A program made the translations under genes and the position numbers. Of a stretch of 64,000 bases of DNA, positions 8,129-17,146 are shown in pieces (positions within the stretch are counted from its first letter, which is position 1; every line of letters begins with the position of its first letter). This DNA is from Bacteroidales bacterium. GTDB taxonomy: Bacteria > Bacteroidota > Bacteroidia > Bacteroidales > UBA932. The stretch covers positions 1,154-65,153 of the forward strand of contig JASDTD010000045.1 in NCBI GenBank assembly GCA_041441395.1. Reading direction: 5' to 3'. The notes beneath the pieces are model-generated. The model saw only the letters and a list, made by a program, of their open reading frames with translations. It had not been told where the DNA came from and searched no databases.

Positions 8129-9373
8129 CTATCTGCTAAGTTTGTGAATTGCGAGGCCGCTCCTTAGTTTAGGCTCAAACCAGGTTGTCTTTGGTGGCAT
8201 AATGTTGCCGGTATCTGCAATGTCGATAAGCTGTTTCATTGATACAGGGTAAAGGGCAAATGCTGCAGCCATTTCGCCTGAATCAACTCTTTTGCTTAAT
8301 TCCGCAAGACCTCTTATTCCGCCAACAAAGTCTATTCTCTTAGATGTTCTAAGATCTTTAATGTCCAGTAATTTGTCAAATACAAGATTGGACAGAACAG
8401 TAACATCAAGGATGCCTATTGGGTCATTGTCGTTATAAGTTCCCTGTTTTGCAGTAAGAGAATACCACTTATTATTCAGATACATAGAGAAGTTATGAAG
8501 AGAGGCCGGAGAGTAAATGGCAGATCCCATCTCTTTAACAATGAAATCCTCTTCAAGTCTCTTTAAGAACTCCTCTGATGACATTCCGTTAAGATCTTTG
8601 ACAACTCTGTTGTAGTCAATAATTTTAAGATGACTTTCAGGGAAGACAACAGCCATAAAGAAGTTATACTCCTCATCACCGGTATGGTTTGGATTATTTT
8701 TTCTTTTCTCCTCGCCAACAAGTGCAGCTGCAGCTGTTCTGTGGTGACCATCAGCTACATAAAAAGCAGGGATTGAGGCAAAAATTTCAGTTATTCTGGT
8801 GTTTGTTTTTTCATCTTCAATAGTCCAGAAATGATGTCCAAAACCATCTTCAGCTACAAAATCGTACTCTGCCGGCTTGCTTTTTACTACACTGTCAACA
8901 ATAGAATTTATCTCTTTATCGTCCGGATAGGCAAAGAAAACAGGCTCTATGTTTGCATCCTGAATGCGCACATGGATCATCCGGTCCTCCTCTTTATCCT
9001 TTCTTGTCAACTCATGTTTCTTTATTTTCCCGGTAAGGTAGTCTTCAACATTGGCACCGACTACAAGCCCATACTGAGTTCTTCCCTCCATTGTCTGAGC
9101 ATATACATAGTACATCTCTTTTTTATCCTGTACAAGCCATCCTCTCTCCTGCCAAAGTTTGAAATTTTCAACAGCTTTGTCATAAGCTTCCTGAGAGTGT
9201 TCATCAATAATAGTGTCAAAATCAATTTCCGGCTTTGTAATTCTTAATAATGATTTTTCACCGGCCTCTGATTTTGCTTCAACCGAATTCAGTACATCAT
9301 ACGGACGGGCTGCAACCTCTCTTACCAACTCTTTAGGAGGCCTTACCGCTGCAAAAGGTTTAACTTTTACCAT
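8129..9373 (-). CDS. DUF1015-family protein (ParB/Srx-like fold; candidate serine/phosphoserine phosphotransferase)
   Basis: PYDV, KKHELT, YVADGHHR and MPPKTTWFEPKLRSG motifs; third gene of the serC-serA operon. Confidence 0.85.
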   Translation of the reverse strand: MVKVKPFAAVRPPKELVREVAARPYDVLNSVEAKSEAGEKSLLRITKPEIDFDTIIDEHSQEAYDKAVENFKLWQERGWLVQDKKEMYYVYAQTMEGRTQYGLVVGANVEDYLTGKIKKHELTRKDKEEDRMIHVRIQDANIEPVFFAYPDDKEINSIVDSVVKSKPAEYDFVAEDGFGHHFWTIEDEKTNTRITEIFASIPAFYVADGHHRTAAAALVGEEKRKNNPNHTGDEEYNFFMAVVFPESHLKIIDYNRVVKDLNGMSSEEFLKRLEEDFIVKEMGSAIYSPASLHNFSMYLNNKWYSLTAKQGTYNDNDPIGILDVTVLSNLVFDKLLDIKDLRTSKRIDFVGGIRGLAELSKRVDSGEMAAAFALYPVSMKQLIDIADTGNIMPPKTTWFEPKLRSGLAIHKLSR

Positions 9374-9396
9374 CTGTTTGTCTAAATATTATATTA

Positions 9397-10317
9397 TTAC
9401 TTGTTTACCTGGAATGTGCGGTCTCCGGTTGCAAAGAACTTTACTATTTGATTTGCTGCGGCGAGTCCTGCATTTATATTTGCTTCAGCTGTTTCTGCCC
9501 CCATCTTTTTAGGTGTTGCAAAAACTCTTCCCGGAAACTTCTCATTAAGCAGAGCTTGGTTATCCGCAGCTATATCTGTAACATACTTAAGGTCCGGTCT
9601 TTGTTCAAGTACGGCAGCAAGTTCCTCCTCATTAATAACCTCTTTGCGGGCAGTATTTATCAGGCAAGCGCCTTTAGGCATTTTTGACATTAAAGTCAGA
9701 CCAACAGACTTTTTAGTCTCTGCTGTTGCCGGTATATGCAGGGACAGGAAGTTTGATTTCTCGTACAGCTCCTCAAGGGTTGGAACAGGAGTGACCCCCT
9801 CTGCCATAATCTTATCCGGATCAACAAAAGGATCAAATGCAATTACATTCATTCCAAAACCTTTAGCCAGCCCGGCAACAAGTCTGCCTACATTACCATA
9901 TGCATGTATACCTATTGTTTTACCTTTCAGCTCGCTTCCGGTACCCGGATTAAATGAGTTGCGGGAAATGTAAATCATCATTCCTATTGCAAGTTCAGCG
10001 ACAGCATTTGAGTTTTGTCCCGGAGTGTTCATAGCAACAATCCCTTTTGAAGAACATGCTGCCAGATCCAGATTGTCATACCCTGCACCGGCTCTCACTA
10101 CAATTTTGAGTTTCCCGGATGCCTCAACCACCTCTGATGTAACCTTGTCTGATCGAACAATCATTGCATCGGCATCTGCTGCTGCCGCAATAAGTTCCTG
10201 AGGTGTCGTATATTTTTCCAGAAGAGCAAGTGTGTGACCAGCTCCTTCAACGATTTTTCTGATACCGTCCACCGCAGCTTTAGCGAATGGCTTATCGGTT
10301 GCTATTAGTACTTTCAT
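9397..10317 (-). CDS. serA: D-3-phosphoglycerate dehydrogenase, short type III (no ACT domain), Lys-type active site; start ATG 10317
   Basis: VRS, RAGAGYDN, NSNAVAE and INTAR motifs; TPKKMGAET where TPH-x-G is usual; follows serC. Confidence 0.85.
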   Translation of the reverse strand: MKVLIATDKPFAKAAVDGIRKIVEGAGHTLALLEKYTTPQELIAAAADADAMIVRSDKVTSEVVEASGKLKIVVRAGAGYDNLDLAACSSKGIVAMNTPGQNSNAVAELAIGMMIYISRNSFNPGTGSELKGKTIGIHAYGNVGRLVAGLAKGFGMNVIAFDPFVDPDKIMAEGVTPVPTLEELYEKSNFLSLHIPATAETKKSVGLTLMSKMPKGACLINTARKEVINEEELAAVLEQRPDLKYVTDIAADNQALLNEKFPGRVFATPKKMGAETAEANINAGLAAANQIVKFFATGDRTFQVNK

Positions 10318-10338
10318 CTTTTTGTTTTGATTAAACAA

Positions 10339-11412
10339 TTAAGCATTAAGTTTTTCAAATTCCTTCATACATTCAACCAATGCCTTAATGCTTTCAACAG
10401 GGCAGGCATTGTAGGTAGATGCACGGAACCCTCCTACAGAGCGGTGTCCTTTAATACCTACCATCCCTCTCTCTTTGGCAAATGCCATAAAGCTCTCTTC
10501 CTTATCTTTATACTCATCAGACATCACAAAGCAAATATTCATCAGAGAGCGATCTTCAACAGCAGCTGTACCGACAAACATTTTATTACGGTCAATTTCG
10601 TTATACAATAACGCTGCTTTCTCCTCATTGTGTTTTTGCATTGCTTTTAGTCCGCCATTTGCCTTAACCCATTTCAAGGTCTCATTCATTACGAATATTG
10701 AGAATACAGGAGGAGTATTGAACATAGACGACTCTTTAATATGAGTTCTGTAATCCAGCATTGTAGGAAGATATCTGCTTACTTTACCAAGAATCTCCTC
10801 TTTAACAATTACGAATGTTACTCCGGCAGGGCCAACGTTTTTCTGTGCACCACCATAAATCAGTGCATATTTGCTTACATCTACAGGACGGCTCATTATA
10901 TCAGAAGACATATCGGCAACAAGATTAACAGGACAATCCATATCTTGTTTTATTTCAGTTCCGTAGATTGTATTGTTTGTTGTAATGTGAAAATAATCAA
11001 GATCAGCAGGAATTTCATATCCTTTAGGAATATAACTGAAGTTTTTATCTTTTGAAGAGGCTATGGCAACTGCATTTCCCAAAGCTTTTGCCTCTGCAAG
11101 TGCTTTCTTAGCCCATACTCCTGTCTCAAGGTAACCTGCTTTGTTTTCGAGCAAGTTCATTGCTACATATAAGAATTGCAAACTTGCACCACCTCCGAGG
11201 AAAAGAACCTGATAACCATCAGGAATTCCAAGAAGTTCTTTCCATAGTGTGCGGCACTCTTCCATAACGGCTTCCCACTCTTTTGACCTGTGAGATACCT
11301 CGATTACTGACATTCCGGTACCCTTGAAATCGGTTAAAGCGTCTATGGCAGCCTGAACTGCCACTCTTGGCAGAACACACGGCCCTGCGTTGAAATTATG
11401 AGCAACTTTCAT
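10339..11412 (-). CDS. serC: Phosphoserine aminotransferase
   Basis: NFNAGP, SHRS, GGASLQF, DMSS, GAQKN (PLP Lys), NTPP and [11 protein letters not shown] motifs. Confidence 0.97.
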   Translation of the reverse strand: MKVAHNFNAGPCVLPRVAVQAAIDALTDFKGTGMSVIEVSHRSKEWEAVMEECRTLWKELLGIPDGYQVLFLGGGASLQFLYVAMNLLENKAGYLETGVWAKKALAEAKALGNAVAIASSKDKNFSYIPKGYEIPADLDYFHITTNNTIYGTEIKQDMDCPVNLVADMSSDIMSRPVDVSKYALIYGGAQKNVGPAGVTFVIVKEEILGKVSRYLPTMLDYRTHIKESSMFNTPPVFSIFVMNETLKWVKANGGLKAMQKHNEEKAALLYNEIDRNKMFVGTAAVEDRSLMNICFVMSDEYKDKEESFMAFAKERGMVGIKGHRSVGGFRASTYNACPVESIKALVECMKEFEKLNA

Positions 11413-11450
11413 GATGTAAAATATTTTTAATAATTATGGTATTCTTGCTT

Positions 11451-11481
11451 CAAAGGTAACTTAAAAAATACGAATCCCAAA
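11451..11481 (-). promoter_or_regulatory. Consensus sigma-A promoter of the ser operon (TTTG-N19-TACCTTTG)
   Basis: -33 TTTG at 11478-11481 and -7 TACCTTTG at 11451-11458. Confidence 0.8.
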
Positions 11482-11520
11482 TATTAATTGGCCAAAAATT
11501 GAGTATCTGTTAGGATTAGC

Positions 11521-11994
11521 TTAATTATTGCTAATAATTCTTAAGTTTTTCCCGTCAGTTATCTTTTCGCAATATTTGCATAGTAATTTGAGATTTGGAG
11601 TTGCTGAGAGTGTTGTGAAGGAGGTCTCAATATCCTGATGATTCGTAATACAGGCCGGGTTCATACATTTAGCAATACCCCTTATTTCAGTTGGCACAGA
11701 TAAAACCCTTTTTTCTACAACCTCAAAATTGTGTATAATGTTAATCTTGGCTTGTGGAGCAATAAGTGCAATTCTATTAATGTCAATGTCCTCGAAATAG
11801 GTGTCCTTTATTTTTATAATTGCTTTTTTACCAAGAAGCTTGCTGTCCAGATTGGTGCCAAATGTAATTTGATTTGAGATTTTGCTTAAGCCAAGGATAT
11901 CAATTACTTTAAATAGTTGATCTGCCGGAATATGATCCAGTACAGTGCCATCTTTAATTGCACTTACCTTCAGTTGTTTTTCCATAGGTGCCAT
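11521..11994 (-). CDS. pyrI: Aspartate carbamoyltransferase regulatory subunit
   Basis: VSAIKDGTVLDHI; Zn ligands CMNPAC and CKYC. Confidence 0.97.
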   Translation of the reverse strand: MAPMEKQLKVSAIKDGTVLDHIPADQLFKVIDILGLSKISNQITFGTNLDSKLLGKKAIIKIKDTYFEDIDINRIALIAPQAKINIIHNFEVVEKRVLSVPTEIRGIAKCMNPACITNHQDIETSFTTLSATPNLKLLCKYCEKITDGKNLRIISNN

Positions 11995-12004
11995 AGTTGA
12001 TTTG

Positions 12005-12916
12005 TTATTGATTATTTATTCCGAGAAGAGTTGTGATAATTGCCATTCTTGTGTACACTCCGTTACGAGCCTGATCAAAATAGTATGCATGTTCACTGCT
12101 GTCTACATCTTGATGGATTTCGTTAATTCTGGGGAGAGGATGAAGAATCTTCATGTTTGGTTTGGTTTTTCCAAGCATTGATCTTCTTAAACTATAAACA
12201 TTCTTAACCCGTTCATACTCTATTGCGTCTGTAAAACGCTCTCTCTGAACCCTTGTCATATATATTATATCCATATCTGCTATGCCCTCTTCCAGATTCT
12301 CACTCTCCTCAAAGTTAATTCCGCTTATTCTAAGTTGCTCCTTGTACTCTTCCGGCATTCTTAACTCTTCCGGAGCAGTAAATCTGAAAAATGGATTAAA
12401 ATGGCTCATTGCCTGGAGCAGAGAGTGTACTGTCCTTCCGTATTTAAGATCTCCAACCATGTTAATCCTCAGGTTTTGAAGAGTTCCCTGTGTTTTTAAA
12501 ATTGAGTAGAGGTCAAGTAAAGTCTGGGAAGGATGCTGATTAGCACCATCTCCTGCGTTTATTACGGGTACAGATGAGACTTCTGAAGCGTACCGTGCAC
12601 TCCCCTCTAATGGGTGTCTTATTATGATAAGGTCTGCATAATTTGACACCATTTTAATTGTGTCTTTAAGGGTTTCGCCTTTGGTAACACTGGTGTTCCC
12701 GGCATCGGAAAAGCCGATTACCCTGGCACCAAGTCTGTTGGCGGCTGTCTCAAAGCTAAGCCTTGTTCTTGTAGATGGCTCAAAAAAGAGGCTGGCTATA
12801 ACCTTGCCTTTAAAAAATGACTCAGTTTGGCTCTCTTCAAATTTGGCTGCAAGAGACAATACATTAATAATCTCCTCTTTAGAGAAGTCGTGGATGGAGA
12901 TAAGATGTTTTGACAT
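12005..12916 (-). CDS. pyrB: Aspartate carbamoyltransferase catalytic subunit
   Basis: [27 protein letters not shown] and HPLP motifs. Confidence 0.98.
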   Translation of the reverse strand: MSKHLISIHDFSKEEIINVLSLAAKFEESQTESFFKGKVIASLFFEPSTRTRLSFETAANRLGARVIGFSDAGNTSVTKGETLKDTIKMVSNYADLIIIRHPLEGSARYASEVSSVPVINAGDGANQHPSQTLLDLYSILKTQGTLQNLRINMVGDLKYGRTVHSLLQAMSHFNPFFRFTAPEELRMPEEYKEQLRISGINFEESENLEEGIADMDIIYMTRVQRERFTDAIEYERVKNVYSLRRSMLGKTKPNMKILHPLPRINEIHQDVDSSEHAYYFDQARNGVYTRMAIITTLLGINNQ

Positions 12917-12931
12917 ATTTAGTTTATTGTT

Positions 12932-13540
12932 TTACTGTTCAATTGTAGATACGAAAGGCTCAATTTCTGAGCAGAATCTTAGTAAATCTCCCCTTCTTAC
13001 CTTTATCCTGATTTTACACAAGTTGTCAAACTGCTGCTCTTCTATTTGGGCGGAGAAATCTCTTATAAATTTCATAATGTCGTTCATTCTGATGTAGTCA
13101 TAAGTTATTGAGATGCTTCTCATAGCTGTTTTGCAAACAACCTCTCCCTTTTCAATAGCATCGGATGCAGCACTTTTATAAGCTTTGATGAGTCCGGGTA
13201 TACCTAGTTTAGTACCTCCAAAATACCGGACAACTACTACCAGTACATCGCTTAACTGATATGAGAGCAGCTGACCTAAAATTGGTCTGCCTGCTGATGA
13301 GGATGGTTCTCCATCATCATTTGCCCTCCACAACTCTCCCTCAGGACCAATCCTGTATGCATAGCAGTGATGTCTGGCATCGTGGTAATCTTTTTTTAGA
13401 GTATTAATTATCTCCTTAACCTCTTCTTCATTTGATACCGGGTACGCAAAGGAAAGGAATTTGCTTCCAAGCTCTTTATAGATGCCTGTAGATGGCCGTG
13501 AAATTGTTTTGTATGAATCTGAGGAGTTTATGTCGTCCAT
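12932..13540 (-). CDS. yigZ: YigZ/IMPACT-family protein
   Basis: GSKFL, ARHHCYAY, DDGEPSSSAG and VVRYFGGTKLG motifs. Confidence 0.92.
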   Translation of the reverse strand: MDDINSSDSYKTISRPSTGIYKELGSKFLSFAYPVSNEEEVKEIINTLKKDYHDARHHCYAYRIGPEGELWRANDDGEPSSSAGRPILGQLLSYQLSDVLVVVVRYFGGTKLGIPGLIKAYKSAASDAIEKGEVVCKTAMRSISITYDYIRMNDIMKFIRDFSAQIEEQQFDNLCKIRIKVRRGDLLRFCSEIEPFVSTIEQ

Positions 13541-13581
13541 TTAGTATCAGGAACCGTTTCGTAAAATTAGCCTCTTTTTGC

Positions 13582-13589
13582 TAATTTTG
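13582..13589 (+). promoter_or_regulatory. -7 element (TAATTTTG) 4 nt upstream of the LuxC-like ATG
   Basis: Consensus match; a mirror TAATTTTA on - at 13562-13569 probably serves yigZ-pyrBI. Confidence 0.65.
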
Positions 13590-13593
13590 CAAA

Positions 13594-14631
13594 ATGTACA
13601 GGGAAGTTTTTATAAGGGATATGAGCCAACTCGGTAGCAGAGTTTCCGGAGAGCTAAATAAAAGCTCAAATTCATCTCCTTTGGAGGCAGTAATTGAATC
13701 AAGTTTTGAAGATAATCCCTATTTTACCCCTGATATGCAGAGGTTTGCCCTCAACTCTATTGCTAGCAAAATGCTGCAGGAGAGAGAGTTAAGGGAATGG
13801 CTCGGCAAATATAATGATCAAATATCTGAGAAAGACTTTGTTGCAGGGATTATTATGGCAGGTAATATACCTGCAGCCGGATTTCACGACTTGCTTGCCG
13901 GATTGGCCGCCGGATTTAATTGTGCAATAAAATTATCAAGAAGGGACAAATACATTATCCCTTATTTGATTACTATTCTAACTGAAATTAATCCTTACTG
14001 GGATAGCAGGATTAGTGTGATTGAAAATGTCTCTTTAGGGGTTGATGCTATTTTGGCATCGGGCTCTGACAATACTATGCAAATTATTGGGGAGAATTTT
14101 CAGGGTATTCCATCTCTTCGAAGAGGAACAAGGTCATCCGCAGGAATTTTAAAAGGGTATGAAACTATTAGTGATATTGACGCTTTGTGTGACGATATCT
14201 TTCTTTATTACGGAATGGGTTGCAGAAATATTACAAAACTTTTTGTGCCTCACAATTATGATTTGTCAATATTTATTAAGGCATCACAAAGGTACTCGAA
14301 CTTATTACATAACAGAGACTACTCTTCAGTATACAGATACCGGAAAGCACTCCTTAAAATGGCAGGGGATGAGTTTATTGATGCCGGGTTTTTCCTCCTT
14401 GCTGAAAATTTTTCATTCCCCCCTCCGGTTAGTATAATTGCTTTGGAATATTATACGGATTATTCTCAAATTGAGAATTTTATACAGCTAAATATGGATA
14501 AGATTCAAATTATTGAATGTATAGAGGGTCAGGATTTTTTACGCCCGGGAGAGTCTCAGACACCGGGTCCTGCTGATTATGCAGACGGAAAAGATACTGT
14601 AAGTTTTCTACTCTCCCTGGCTCAAAAATAA
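13594..14631 (+). CDS. LuxC-like acyl-CoA reductase (aldehyde dehydrogenase fold)
   Basis: IMAGNIPAAGFHDLL, ASGSD, YYGMGCRN (putative catalytic Cys) and GESQTP...DYADGKDT motifs. Confidence 0.8.
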   Translation: MYREVFIRDMSQLGSRVSGELNKSSNSSPLEAVIESSFEDNPYFTPDMQRFALNSIASKMLQERELREWLGKYNDQISEKDFVAGIIMAGNIPAAGFHDLLAGLAAGFNCAIKLSRRDKYIIPYLITILTEINPYWDSRISVIENVSLGVDAILASGSDNTMQIIGENFQGIPSLRRGTRSSAGILKGYETISDIDALCDDIFLYYGMGCRNITKLFVPHNYDLSIFIKASQRYSNLLHNRDYSSVYRYRKALLKMAGDEFIDAGFFLLAENFSFPPPVSIIALEYYTDYSQIENFIQLNMDKIQIIECIEGQDFLRPGESQTPGPADYADGKDTVSFLLSLAQK

Positions 14632-14661
14632 TTATCTATCTTTGTAAAAAGTTTTGGATTA

Positions 14662-15141
14662 ATGATACACAGATTAAAAGCCACAATAGATAGTAATAAG
14701 ATATTTATGAGAGAGTATGAAGTAAAGGGAGAATCTTCACTTTACTCATTACATCTTTTTTTACAGAATGACCTGGGATTTGCACCGGATCAAATGGTTC
14801 TTTTCAGAGGACTTTCCAAAACGAATAAAAAAATTAGCGAATTTGGCCTGTTTGATACAGGTGATGGTACAATGGATAAGATCTCTGTTGAAATGGCTTT
14901 TGCAAAAGGTGCTGCATCTCTTATCTATGTTTACAATCCTTTTAAAGACAAGGGTATGAGATTGGAGCTAATTGGCAAAGAGGAGCCCCTTTCAAGAAGA
15001 TCGTATCCCAGACTTGTAGCCGAAAGAGGTCGCAATCCGGATCAATTCTCTGATGAATATGATGACTTTGAGCCAATCGCTCCTCATACAGAGGGAGACG
15101 ACAACTTTGATCCGGAAGAGTTGCCGGAGGGCGAAGAGTAA
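14662..15141 (+). CDS. pRiA4b ORF-3-like conserved protein with acidic tail
   Basis: F-x-REYEV...LYSLHLFLQ...F, LIYVYNPF and YP motifs; D/E-rich C-terminus; upstream of miaA; TATCTTTG promoter at 14637-14644. Confidence 0.6.
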   Translation: MIHRLKATIDSNKIFMREYEVKGESSLYSLHLFLQNDLGFAPDQMVLFRGLSKTNKKISEFGLFDTGDGTMDKISVEMAFAKGAASLIYVYNPFKDKGMRLELIGKEEPLSRRSYPRLVAERGRNPDQFSDEYDDFEPIAPHTEGDDNFDPEELPEGEE

Positions 15142-15154
15142 TATTAGTCAGGGT

Positions 15155-16006
15155 ATGCCTAAAAAACTTATTTTGATTCTTGGTCCCACAGCCTCCGGGA
15201 AAACGGACTACTCAATATCTTTGGCCAAGGAGGTTGGATCTCCTGTTGTATCTTGTGATTCAAGGCAGATATATAAGGAGATGAAAATAGGAACAGCTCC
15301 TCCATCTGATGAGCAACTCGCACAAATTCAGCACTATTTTATTTTCTCACACTCAATACACAATCCTTATACAGCCGGCAAATATGAAATTGAGGCAATC
15401 TCTTTGTTAGAGAAATTATTTGAGAAACATGATACAATTGTTGCTGCAGGCGGCTCCGGTTTATACGCTCATGCATTATGCCACGGGCTTGATGATTTCC
15501 CTCCTGCTGATGAGGAGCTGAGAAGAGTATTAACTGCAAGACTTGAGAGTGAGGGTTTAGAATCTCTGCGAGCAGATTTAAGATTGCTTGACAGAGAGAG
15601 TTATGATTCTATTGAAATTGAAAATTCCAGGCGCGTCATGCGAGCTTTGGAAGTCACCATACAGACCGGAAGAAAATTCTCTTCATTTAAAACCGGTGTT
15701 GAAAGGGAGAGACCATTTGTAATCGAGAAGAGATTAATTACCAGATCTAGGGAGGAGCTGTACAACAGAATTGACAAAAGAGTCGATTTGATGATAGAGT
15801 CGGGATTACTTGATGAGGTTAAGTCTCTGTATAAATTTAAAGATTTGCCGGCATTGAGAACTGTTGGTTATTCAGAGCTGTTTGATTTTTTAGACGGGAG
15901 AGTTTCACTGGAGGAGGCTGTCAGTTTAATAAAAAGAAATACGAGGAGGTATGCCAAAAGACAGATTACCTGGTGGAGAAGATATAGTGATCTAAAAATA
16001 ATATAA
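15155..16006 (+). CDS. miaA: tRNA dimethylallyltransferase (start ATG 15155)
   Basis: GPTASGKT P-loop, DSRQIYKEMKIGTA, GGSGLY and TRRYAKRQITW motifs. Confidence 0.96.
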   Translation: MPKKLILILGPTASGKTDYSISLAKEVGSPVVSCDSRQIYKEMKIGTAPPSDEQLAQIQHYFIFSHSIHNPYTAGKYEIEAISLLEKLFEKHDTIVAAGGSGLYAHALCHGLDDFPPADEELRRVLTARLESEGLESLRADLRLLDRESYDSIEIENSRRVMRALEVTIQTGRKFSSFKTGVERERPFVIEKRLITRSREELYNRIDKRVDLMIESGLLDEVKSLYKFKDLPALRTVGYSELFDFLDGRVSLEEAVSLIKRNTRRYAKRQITWWRRYSDLKII

Positions 16007-16040
16007 AAAAAGGCCGGCTATTCTCCAGCCGGTCTTTTTT
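16005..16040. terminator. Bidirectional intrinsic terminator between miaA and DUF3127
   Basis: A-run, AGGCCGGCT/AGCCGGTCT stem, T-run, between convergent genes. Confidence 0.88.
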
Positions 16041-16056
16041 ATATACATAAGTACCT

Positions 16057-16422
16057 TTAGAACGGAAGATCATCCTCTCCCGCATCAGCAGGAAAATCAG
16101 TAACACCAGCTGCTCCGGAAAGTCCATCCTGTTGTGGTTGAAGAGGTTCCATGCGCTCTAATTTCCAAGCCCTTACATCTGTGTACCAGCGATTGTTAAA
16201 CTCTCTTGATTCTATGTTAACAGAGGCCTTAACAATATCTCCGATATTATATCGAGCAAGCTCTTCAACTTTATCGGCTCCCCATACATTCATACACACT
16301 TTTCTGGGATATTGCTCCTGGGTCTCAATTATAAACTCTTGCTTACTCCAGTTTCCCCTGGCACTTACGCCATTCTGGATACCAAGCTTAGAGTTTATTT
16401 TGCCTATAATTTCCAATGCCAT
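16057..16422 (-). CDS. DUF3127 protein, SSB-like OB fold (start ATG 16422)
   Basis: WSKQEFIIET...YPRK and SREFNNRWYTDVRAWK motifs; C-terminal DDLPF. Confidence 0.85.
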   Translation of the reverse strand: MALEIIGKINSKLGIQNGVSARGNWSKQEFIIETQEQYPRKVCMNVWGADKVEELARYNIGDIVKASVNIESREFNNRWYTDVRAWKLERMEPLQPQQDGLSGAAGVTDFPADAGEDDLPF

Positions 16423-16423
16423 A

Positions 16424-17146
16424 TTACTTAGTCTTAGGAGTGTCCTGAGCTGCAGCCTTGTCAATTTTTACAAGTTCAACATCAAAGATAAGAGTAGAGT
16501 TTGGAGTAATAACCGGTCCGGCTTGCTGTGCACCATAAGCTAATTCAGAAGGTATAAATAGTCTTATTTTGCCACCCTCTCCAATTAGTTTTACACCTTC
16601 GCTCCAGCCTGGGATAACAGCATTAACCGGGAATTTAACCGGTTCTGCATTTCCCATTGAAGAATCAAATTCAGTTCCGTCAATAAGAGTGCCTCTGTAA
16701 AATACAGATACTGTATCTTCAGCTGTCGGCTTATTCTCAGAGCCTGGATTAATTATTTTATACTGAAGTCCATTCTCGGCAACTTGAACGCTGTCATTTT
16801 GTTTATTCTTCTCAAGAAACTCCTGACCTTTCAGTTTGTTTGCCTCTCCAATCATCTCCTGCTTGATTGTCATATATCTCTGAATAACTGTGTTGGCAGT
16901 GGCATCGTCAATTTTTAACTCTCCGCCGGCGAGGACATCCTTCATAGCTTTAGTAACTTCTGCAAAGTTAAGATCGGTAAAGTTTGCATTTTTAAGCATC
17001 ATCCCAAAAGAGACACCTACTGCATAACTTGCTGAGTCTGTGAGCTCTTTGGATACTTTTACTGAATCTGCGCTCTTTTTCTCTCCGCAAGAAGAGATCA
17101 TAACTGAAGCAAGGGCTACAATTGCAATTGATTTTAATGTTTTCAT
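16424..17146 (-). CDS. FKBP-type peptidyl-prolyl isomerase lipoprotein (FkpA/Mip-like)
   Basis: Lipobox ISSC; SYAVG N-domain; YRGTLIDGTEFDSS, VIPGWSEG and TLIFDVEL motifs. Confidence 0.93.
   Translation of the reverse strand: MKTLKSIAIVALASVMISSCGEKKSADSVKVSKELTDSASYAVGVSFGMMLKNANFTDLNFAEVTKAMKDVLAGGELKIDDATANTVIQRYMTIKQEMIGEANKLKGQEFLEKNKQNDSVQVAENGLQYKIINPGSENKPTAEDTVSVFYRGTLIDGTEFDSSMGNAEPVKFPVNAVIPGWSEGVKLIGEGGKIRLFIPSELAYGAQQAGPVITPNSTLIFDVELVKIDKAAAQDTPKTK

Noticed and set aside
14662-15141. Possible mobile element, since pRiA4b ORF-3-like proteins are often labelled as IS passenger proteins
   Set aside because: No transposase, terminal inverted repeats or target duplications; it sits in housekeeping context before miaA.
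15053-15154. N-terminal extensions in the ORF track (miaA; likewise gltX 48766, DUF3127 16464, serA 10338, exbB 39487)
   Set aside because: They overlap upstream genes or precede the family's normal N-terminus; downstream ATGs fit better, and there is no sign of frameshift fusions.
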